Below are positions 51,695-62,500 of a DNA stretch of 64,000 nucleotides, in pieces; within the stretch, counting starts at the first letter, position 1; each line of letters opens with the position of its first letter. The DNA is taken from the NCBI GenBank assembly GCA_001643675.2, contig LSRY02000018.1, positions 744,001 through 808,000 on the forward strand. Reading direction: 5' to 3'. The notes beneath the pieces were generated by a model that saw only the letters and a program-made list of their open reading frames with translations, searched no databases and was not told where the DNA came from. The position numbers and the translations under genes are program-made. The stretch comes from Monocercomonoides exilis PA203. Its lineage: Eukaryota > Protista > Preaxostyla.

Positions 51695-53125
51695 ATGCAA
51701 GAATTAATCCTGGTAGAGAAGTTTTCAAGTTTGAAAGCATTTCATTGTTTGATATTTTCAATTTAACATTTTTAATAACTTTTGAGAGTTGTTTAGCGAA
51801 GCAGGATTCTGTGACGAAATTAAACAGAAGCAAATAATCGAAGAAATGAACGATTTGCTTGGAAAAATGGATAAAGAAGAATTTGAATCGTCATTATCAA
51901 AAGAACTGTTCGATCAAATAAACACAATGATTGAAGAAAAGAAGATATCTGAGGGGAACGCCTTCATATTGTTAAAGGAGATTGGATATCAAAATAGCTT
52001 GAGAGTTTTCCCAAATTATAATTATAAATATTCCACGTTGAAAAAAAGATTTGATAAGATGATTTATGATGAAGAAAGGATAATTAAAGGGGGAAATGAA
52101 ACGTTTATTGTTGATTTAAGTGAATGTTATCTTCTTCTACGCAATTTTTTTCAATTTTTGCCATTACAATTAGTTTCTGTTTGTGTGCCTTGCCTTCTGA
52201 AGATTGCGACGAATAAAAAAGAAAACGAAAAGACACAAAAAGAAGTGGAACTTGCTCTGATGGCTTTATGCAACGTGGGGATTTTAGTGGTATTAAGATT
52301 TTTGAATGATTTTTTAATAATTTATAATATCATTTGTTGGATGTTGAATTTTTACAATAGGAAGTCGAGAAAGACTTTCATCAAAAGGAAATTACAGAAA
52401 TTATTGAATATCACCAAGAGCATCGAAATCTGACGCATCTGGCATATCAATTAGCGTGGAGCTTTTTGATAGACAGATTTTTCAGAGATGAAAGTTTGGA
52501 AGCATTGATTTCGGATAAACTTCATTTTACGAGAGAGGCAACGCAAGAACTGGAAGAGATGTCAAAGCGCGTGGATTGGAAGGCCAAAGGAAAAACGGAA
52601 GAAAACAAAAGGATGAAAGAAGTGAATATCATGTTGAAATGGATTTGTACCATTAATGTATTTTTTGTATCTTTTCAAATGTGGAAAGAGGAATATTTCG
52701 GGTTGATTGATTATTTTATCAGCCTGTGTAGATCCTCAAGGGCATATGAACAAAGAATATCTGGAAAGTGTATGGTTCTTTTTCGTAGAGCTATCGAATT
52801 GAATGATGTTAGTGTTTACGATTTGCTTAAGCGTGGAGTTTTTAAGCAAATTTCAGAAGAAATTTACTTAAAAACAATGAATGACACAACTGCACGCATG
52901 TGTTTAGAGAGCTTTTTTGATCTATCCAAAAGACTGAAAGGAATAATGACAAATGAAGTGGATGAAATGAAAAAAAAAGAGATTAAGCGAGAATTATTTG
53001 ATATGCTTGAAGAAGAAGGACATGAAGATATGATCCCAAGTTTTCATGCAACAATTTCATTACGTTTCAATAAGTATCGTGTTGAATTTTCATTAAATTT
53101 CGAGGATTATTTTGTGAATGTTTGA
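51695..53125 (+). CDS. Second intact member of the lineage-expanded alpha-helical family
   Basis: Three exons: MQELILVEKFS|KLFSE...MIEEKKIS...DLSECYLLL...CVPCLLKIA.NKKENEKTQKEVELAL|...EIIEYHQEHRNLTHLAYQLAW...EEEGHED. Confidence 0.85.
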
Positions 53126-53944
53126 ATTAAAAGAACATTTTAATCTCAATTTTTTTTTATTAGGGATTTTTTTTAAAAAAATAAACGAAAGCATTTCATT
53201 TCTTTTTTTATCTTTTTTGTCATCAAATCCAAATAAAAGGTAGAAGAAAATAATTTTGAAAAAAATAATTAAATTTCAAAAAATATTACATATGAGATTC
53301 TTTTCAAAATCAGAATAATTCAATAGAAACTTTATAGATCGAGTTCATTATATATTTCCAAAAGCAAAAGTGAAATAAGATTTATCCGTTTTTTGTTTTC
53401 TATTTTTATTTATTTTTTTTTTTTTTTATCATGTTCATTTTTCATGAAATGAAATACATTTAGCCTTTCAATTCCAATTGAAATTCTTTCGATAAAACAC
53501 AAAAATGACTATTCATTCACAAAATATTTTATTATTTCAGAAATAATAACAGATACACATCATAGAAAAAAATAAAGTCATATAGGGAGCAACAGTGAAA
53601 AAAAGCAATTCAAAAAAATTTCATCGTGAGAGAATTTATCTATTTTACTCTGATAAGTGTTCTTTTTAATATTTGGATTTTGAATTTATTTACACTTTTG
53701 TTGTGTCCATTCAGATGAACAAGAAAATCCAACAATGATCTTCATTTGGAAAATGAAGAATCAAAGTTTTTCTTTTTTTCACTCAAACTGTTCTTTTTTT
53801 AAATGATCTATATCCTTCTCTTCGAACAGTTTTCTCAAACCTTTTGTTTTTGAATCAACATTTTCAGAAAATTCAATTTCACTGTTTTTCAAGCTATTTG
53901 ACGGAACGCGTTTGTCATTTAATTCCTGGACTATTTCCTCACAG

Positions 53945-53946
<2 letters not shown>

Positions 53947-54022
<76 letters not shown>
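53947..54022. repeat. (AC)n microsatellite
   Basis: Direct reading. Confidence 0.97.
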
Positions 54023-54025
<3 letters not shown>

Positions 54026-55387
54026 TCGACTCAGTTTTTGCAAATTTTCTAATAAAAGTGTTCATTTCATTAATATTTGTTTATTTACTGTTTTTATATC
54101 AAAATGAAAAAATAATTTTTTTCAGTGTTTTTTTTTTTAATTCATATTCAATCTTTCCCATTGTTTGTTCAAATTTGGGGAACTTATCATTCGAAATTAA
54201 TCAAAATGAGTATTTTGAAACCATAATAACTTCAAATGAGATAAATCAGTATTTGGATAAATGAAAGAAAATTAATTATATGTTTAATGTTATTATCATT
54301 AGGGACAAAATATTTGAATTCAGGCATTTTCATAGAAAAATAATGCATTTTTCATTGACTTTTTTATTTCAAAAAACACAATAAAAATGGGTTGATATTT
54401 TGAAATACTAGTGAGATCACAACAACACATTTTGCTATTATATCAATGGTGTTTGTTCACAGATTTGAAAATCATATTTTTTGTAAATCTGTCAAAGTTT
54501 TATAATGTCATAAGTGAAACTATTTTTTCTTGCTCAATGCAAAAATTGCTTGAAAGCCCAAAATTTCCCCCATTTGTAAAAAGGGTGAGAATTTGAACCA
54601 CCATTTGTATTATTTGTCAATAAACTTAAAAATTTCCGTTTTTTAAACAGAAAAAAAAAAAAACATCGTCGTTAACATCTTATAATTTTCAAATAAATTC
54701 ATCTCATGTTGTTGGATAATACATTATTCTGAAATGATATATTACTCACATTGAAATCACTTCATTTGAACAATAAAAGGCAAATGAATAATTCAAAAAA
54801 TGCTTTGTCAGGTTTATTCAATTGTGTGAAATATTTTTTTTGACGCTTTTGAATTGATGCAAATATTGTATTTTGATTGAATAATGCATAACAAAAACAA
54901 AAACAAAAAATAAAATGATTAGAAAATAATCCGATATCCTTAATGGTGATATTTTTCTGAAAAATCTGAAATTTTCTTGTTTTTTTTTGATAAATAATAT
55001 TAGTGTGATTATTACACCTCTGTGACATGACAAGAGAAAATTGGAAAAATGACAGAATGACTGACAAGATATTTATGACTTGTTTAAAAGGGTTATTTGA
55101 AACGATTTCATAATTCTTAATTACAAAAATAATTAATTTGAAAATCTTCAAGAAATAATTCTTATTATTTTGTAAAAATCAAATTTTTTATTTATGTGAT
55201 CAAGTTCCCAATATTCATTTTATTTGACTCGAAATGTCAGTTGAAAAGTACTTTTATCACAATTTGTGATTGACCTTCATTGACAAATGAGAAAAAGACA
55301 TATATTTCATAATTTATCTACAGATTTTTTCCATTGTGCTTTGAAAAGTCTTTAGAAGTTTTAGTAATATTTTATTTTTTTAAAATT

Positions 55388-55390
<3 letters not shown>

Positions 55391-55461
<71 letters not shown>
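55391..55461. repeat. Poly-T followed by (GT)n microsatellite
   Basis: Direct reading. Confidence 0.95.
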
Positions 55462-55463
<2 letters not shown>

Positions 55464-56597
55464 CAGACGAGGCTTCAAGTTATTTGTCAGATCACAGAGG
55501 AATAGTTATTATTTTTGAAATTCTAACTTTTTTCGGTATGTTGATTATTTTGAAAATTCTATGACATTTGCCAAATAGAAAAATATCAAATATAAAATGT
55601 TAATCAATCGATTCAAAAGCCGATAGTTGATGAAAAAGAATGATTGAGATATTCTTTCATTGGATATTTAAATTTTTTGTATTCATAAAAAAGAATTCAA
55701 AACAAAATAAAAATTACAAAAATTATACACCTCAAAAAAAGTTAAGATTTCAAAAATTATCACACACACTCAATTATTTTTTTCATAAAAATAATAAAGT
55801 GCAAAAAGGATGAAACAAAAAATTTTTAACACGACGCTTTAGTGTTGGTTTGTTGTTTATTTTCTTATGATAAAAGAGTGCGATAAAAATTTCCAAGCCT
55901 ATTTAATTATTTTTCAAAAGTTTTTTAATCATTAATAAAAAAATAAAAACATACAGGATATAAATTTTCTTTTTCAATCTTATTTTATTTTATATTTTTG
56001 ATGAAAAAATTTGGGTTAATAAATCTCCTTACTCGCATATTGAAAGAATACTTACAACAATGTCTTTAAAGAAAAAAATTTTTTTAAAAAAATACATTTC
56101 ACTAAACTGAAAATCCGTATGTACTTATTAGACTAAACATTTCCGGAAATCAAATAATAATAAAAAAAAGTAATGAAAAATAAATTTGAAACAATTTGAT
56201 AAAACACATTGAACAATTACACGATAAGCAACGGGGAAAAGCGATAGACGAGGCAGATAATAAATAAATGCTTCCGCTTAAAGCACTAGTTAATGAAAGC
56301 TGAGAAAGAATTCAAGAAGAGCCAAGGATGTGAAATGAAACAACGAGTCAGCACAAAAAAATGATTCAAAATACGAAATAGAATTTTTGATTAAGAACAA
56401 AAATAAATAATCTCAAAAAAAGTTGTTAAGCTATTGCACACAGTTTTAATTTTCAAAGAATTTTTTATGTTGCAAAAATAAATCGTAATTTCGACATATA
56501 AAGGACTTAAAAAATTATGTGAATGCAAACGATAAAATCAAAAACAACTAAAAAATAAACAAACCAATAAAACACTTTATTGCACATCCGAAAAACC

Positions 56598-59500
56598 CTA
56601 GTCCATTTGCTTTTTCAACAAAACAATCACCTCACCCAGAGTACACCTGTCATTCGGCTCATTTGCCCACATCTTCTCCATCACCTCAACAATTTCTTCT
56701 TCTTCGATTCCTTCAGTCAGTGGCCGCACCCCGTCTCTCATCATCTCCTGTGCTTCTTCTGCTTCACACTCGCTCAACGTCTCTTCCCCTGTTGTCATTT
56801 CATGGAGAATTAGTCCAAGGGTGAAAACAACTGCCTTTTCTATTTCCTCATCTTCATTTCCCACTTCTGGAGCTTTCCATCGTTTCATTTCTCCCTTCTC
56901 CTTTTCATCCTCTATTTTCTCTGCTAAAACAAATATTTCATTATTTCCTTCCTCAACGAAGATTGAATATGGACATAGCTGTCTCCCCATCATTTCCACT
57001 CTTTCATCTCCAACCGAAATCAAATGCTCAAATAGCTCTGCCACTGCCAAAACCACCTCCTTCCCATCAACAACATCCATCGCTCTTGTTCCCAGTGTGA
57101 AATTCCCTTGAACTGAATGAATTGTCGAGTACAATGTTTTCAGGCTCCTTTTCTCCTTCTCTCGAAATGGCTTTTTCGCTGATATCACATTGAGTGAATG
57201 AGAGTGTGGCATTCCAGAAACACAAACACCCTCAGATCTTGGTGAGGGAAATTCATAAACTGACATCTCATTTTCATTCAATGTTTCATCATTCGTTGTT
57301 GATGGCGATTCTGTCTCATCCTCCTCATCGTTGTCAATCAGCAAAGGAATTTGGCTCGTCATCCCTTCCAGCAACGTTGATGGCATTTCACTCATCTCAA
57401 AGCTACCTCCATTGTTTTCCCTTCTCCTTTCTGCATTTTCATTTATTTGCTCGTATTCCGATCCTGTTTTCTTCGCTTTCTTTTCCGCTTCATTCAGTTT
57501 TTTTCTCATCAGCACAATAACTACAACAAAAATTACTGCAAAAATGAAAAGAATAATTGCACAACATATGAACGCAGTAACGCCCCATTCTGATTTTCCT
57601 GACCCTTCAGTAATTTTCCCTTCTCCATTTGATGAGGACTCGCTCTTGTTCTTCAGAATGAAAGAATCAGTGAATGATGGATTATCGGCATTCCCAAACA
57701 GAATGCATATTCTCACTTCTGCCTCTTCTCCCGCCTCACTTATTGTCTCCTTTTGTACCCTCCCCTTTGCTTCTGTCTCTGATAGATATCCACTCTCATC
57801 AAACACAAACTTTTCAATTTGCTTTTCATCCCCAATCTGCTTCGCAATCATGAATAACAGGTTGCACGGGAGAAGGAGCTTCCCTTTGAACACAATCTCC
57901 ACTTCTTCCACTTCTTCTCTCGTTTCAACACTCTCCAACACTGGAATGAAGAATGGAGATGCCCTCTCAGAAACAATCCCTTCAAATAGACAGCCCCCAT
58001 TCAATATCCACAGCGAAGTATTCCTTTCCCATCCGTCTCCTCCTTTCAAACTGATTATATTCAGATTCCCATCTTCAGAGCATATAATGTTCCTGCGGGC
58101 TGATTTATAGGAAGGAATTTGCTTGTTATTGTTCAGAAATTCACCTTTTTCAATCGTAATGTTCCCTCCAAAAAGGGTGATTCCTCCGTCAGAAGAATTG
58201 ACAATAGAAGTCTCTTTTATTGTTGCTTGGCAGTTTGTCACGTCAACGAGTGATCCATCCCATCTGCATATTTCATCGATTTCTCCGTTATTGTTCGCTT
58301 CAACGATAGCCTCTTCCCATCCATCAAAAAGACATGCATCAATCTCTAAATCTTTGTTATTAAGCACACGTAACTGTTTCCCCTTTGTAGCCAGGCAAGA
58401 GCAAAGACTTAGGGTGTTATTTATAAACTGAACAGACTTTTCTGTCAGACAAGATATTACTCTTCCTTCGTTTTTGCCGCAGCTAACATTAGTGAAGGTG
58501 CAAAGTGAAGCCGAAAATGCTCTTTCGACTTCAGCTTCGTTGTCTTCCATCCTCATAGCCTCATTATTCTCAACTTGAATTGCGCTCCCGTCTTCTACTT
58601 CAATTTTCTTAAACACGGATTGAAGCAAAGCAATCGTTGAATTTCCTGAACATGAAACAATCGCTTCTTTTGCTTTCGCTGAACTTACGGTTAATTGAGA
58701 AGCAGAAAAGGTACTTCCGGAGCATGAAACGAAGCATTTTCCGCTTAATCCTTCGAAGTTCACTCTGTCCATGTTGGTAGATGTGCTGCTCTTACAATTG
58801 ATGATACAATTAACAACTGAAAACTCTCTAAACGTGGATTTAGTTATTTTCAATACTCCTCCAATAACAGTAACCAGGCTTCCATCAAATTGTGCACCGA
58901 TTTCTATTCCAGCGAAGTTACATTCATTCATTCCAAGTTTGCCCTCCAATATGCCAATCAAAGAAGAGTGGGTAACCTTCAATACTCCTCCAAAGTTAAA
59001 AGCAACATTGTCTATCTGCACATTCTCTTTTGCTGTAATCGTGTATTCCCTTTCAGCACTTTTCGCAATCGTGCTGTTCATCAAAATTGCGCACGACTCA
59101 TCCAGAGGCACCAAGCTTATTCCAATCAAATCTGCTTCTCCTTCGATGCTTGCCTGTGCATCAACAAAGATGGTTGGGAGTCTGCCTTCCGACACGTGCT
59201 TCGACACTTCGTTAATCGTTTTGCATGGCTGTGTAATGCTTCCACACCCGTTATTGTCTTCCCCCTTTCGCGAGACAAACACCTGCTCCCCTCTGAAGAA
59301 CATAATCTTGTCAATCAGATCCCGATCTTTCTCTTCCTCTCCCATACCAATTTCTCTCCCATATATCGCATTCCTCCGCTCAGACACAGACTTCTCAAAG
59401 TCCATTACAAACTGCTCTGCACTCACCTGCGACTCGATGTTTACACATAAAATAAACACATCCCGCCCAGACCAAGCGTCATTGAAGCTGAAGAATGCAT

Positions 59501-62500
59501 TTTTAAATCGGAATCCCAGCACATTTTCATTCCCAACCAGTCCATTCCTGCCCTCTGCAGGAACACCCCCGCAGTCCAGATACACACCTCCGCCTCTCCC
59601 ATTTGCTGTCGATGCAATGCACTTTCCCATTGTCGTGCTGTTGATTTCAAACGCAATCCTCTCGTTGCTTCCAGCCCCCAGCGTAAAGAGCATGCTCCCT
59701 CCTCTGGCAGAACTTTTGCTCTCGCATCCATTCAAAATGCATCCATTCATTTTGTATTTGATACTGTTGATAGCTTCACAGCTCAATAGGCAGCTTCCAT
59801 CGTCCTCTCGTCTTATACCATTCATCTGGCACGATATCAACTCGATGGCACAATCACCATTTGTTAGAGAGGAGAAAGATGAATCAGCTCCGTGTTCCCT
59901 TCCAGACAAGGCAGTGTGAGTTTCTGGAATTGAAAATAATGGGAATTTCAAAGTTAGTTCTTCAAACTGGCAATTTTCCATTTTACCTTCAACGTCTTTT
60001 CCCCTAAATCGCATCGGATTCGAATCAAATGCTAAATTGTCCAAAGAAAAATCCTTCATTTCAAACGCTCCTGAACGAACTTCAACAAGGCAATAAGCTA
60101 TTCCTTTATTTGTTTCAGAGTTGATCTGTATGGAGCAATCTGTCATATGAAGCATTCCGCTTGATGATAAAATCAGAACTGACTGAGAAGTTGTAAATTC
60201 AGTTGGGATGGAGAACCTCAGCAACGTGAGCTTTAATGTCTTCTTGTTAAACAAAACACAATCTTCTGATCCAACAGAAGAAGAAGAAGAAGATAACGGA
60301 GTCAATGAGGATGCAATGGAAATCTCTGCATGCGCGTCACGCAAAGATCCAATTTCGTGTTCAGAAACATCAAAACACCTCTCAACATGTGCCAAATCCT
60401 CAATTAGAAGATGTGCAACAAGCTGATCAGGCTCTGAAGAACTTGTTACATGCTTCAATCCAGTAGAAAACGAAGCACAAGGAAGCGACTTCTTTCCACA
60501 CCCCTTCACATCCGCCCCAAAACTCGATGACACAATAATCCTTTCTGAACTATAATCAGCAATGAACGCAAGCAGATCAACTGCCTTTGTAGTAAAATAA
60601 GATGTGTCCATTCCAGAAAAGGCATTGACGTCTGAAGTCCATTCATCAAAATCAATTGAAAATTGTTCTGGTTTTACAGAAGAATAAAGATCAACACATA
60701 AGAAAAAGATATTCTTCCCCAAGAAAGCAACATTATCTGAAAATTTTATCTTCTCAAAAACAAAGTCAGCATCAACACCAACAGAATCGATGCAGCAAAA
60801 CCCTCCTTTTCCAGTTGAAGGCGAACAACTGCACGAAGATATCACACTCGTTCCACTTACAGAATTTCCTCTAACACTCAGCGATCCACCTGCCTTGAAC
60901 TTTATTTTCATTCCTCCGCCTTTGTTGCTTTCTAATGAAGTTAAACGTGTGGCAGAGCAATTAATTAACGAAAGAGAAGAAGACAGAGGATCCGCTATGA
61001 TAACAGATTTAGAAGAACCTTCTTTCGCAACGATTTTATCGAATGAACAGTTCTTGAAAGCAAATTCAGATGTTGCAGCGCTATTCAACTGTACTGATTG
61101 AACACCAACTTCAGCAGCAGTCAAAAGCGATGCTGTTTGAAGCGTCACAGATAAAAAGTGGCTTTGCTCAAAGGTTGCTGTGACAGATTGCAATATCACG
61201 AAAGGTGATTCTGAAAATATCAGGTTTTCAGCTGCGCAGCCATGAAGCAACAATTTTCCATTGGTTACAGAAACAAGAGAATAACTAATCGGAGTAAGGA
61301 AATTGCTTTGTTTGGCAAAACTACATGAAGAGAGCTGTAACACTCCCTCTGAAGCAGAAGATTTGATGACTGACAATTGCTGCCCCATAAACTCAGATGG
61401 CAACAAAATTATAACAGTGGCAAAGAAGCAACTCCCTGAAATGTCAATCACTGCGTCTTTATTGCTTGGAGACAGATCTGAGAAAATGGTTATTCCTGCT
61501 TCTTTCGAAGTTGAAGATGCAGAAAGAGTCAAATCCAGAAATTCGAAGCACGATTCCAATTTGACCAACGTGTCGAGAATGATCTCCTTGTCAGAACTGT
61601 CGTTCTTCACATTTTTCAGGCCTCTCCAAATTGAATGGCATGGAAAGTCTGCTGAGCCACATCGAAGGATATCGTAGCCTGTGCTGGACACGTGAACTTT
61701 GTTTGACACGAACTGAACCAAAAACGCTGCCAAATCCATTGAATCAAAAATGGCGTCTTTGCCAACATACGCTTTGCCTCCTTCGACAGCTGGATCATCA
61801 ACAGGCAAGAATAGCCTATCGGCAGATACAGACTCGTTCAATGAATCAAAATAAAAGAAGAGATTTTTACCAATATGAGCTTTGTTATTTGAGTATTCTG
61901 ATTCTACGCTTAAGTCATATTGACCTTCGCTTTGTCGCTTACTCAAATAGAGAAAACCTCCTTTTCCTGTTGCCTCGTCACAGAAACATTCTCCGACTTG
62001 GCAGCCAGCAATCTTAATCTTTCCCGTGTCTTTGAGCCATACATTGATTACTCCACCCTCTTTGCATTTTGCATTGCCAACATTTCTGAAATCACACTCT
62101 TCAATATTCACGCTTCCTTCCAGTTGAGATGAAATAATCGGACTCATCGCTGCCTGCGGAGAAGCAGAACATCTGTCAAATGAAATGTTCTTCAGCAACA
62201 AAGTGCTGCGTCCTCCTGCTGTCTCTGAGAAGAAAGCCGCACACAACAAAATCATACCAACTGAAATGTTATTCATTGTTATTGCTGACGAGCCTGCATA
62301 TTTCATGAATGAGCTCTCCAGACGGAAGCTGTGCTCACCAATAGAGCAATTATTCAGCACCACTGTTCCTTCTTTCACTTCAATGACATGCAAAAAAACA
62401 GAAGAGTCCAGCTGTTCGCTTTCAAAACTTGCATTGTTCATATTAAGAAAATTGTCTGTTAAAATGAGTGTCTTCAGCACATTTTGCACAGATGGTAAAT

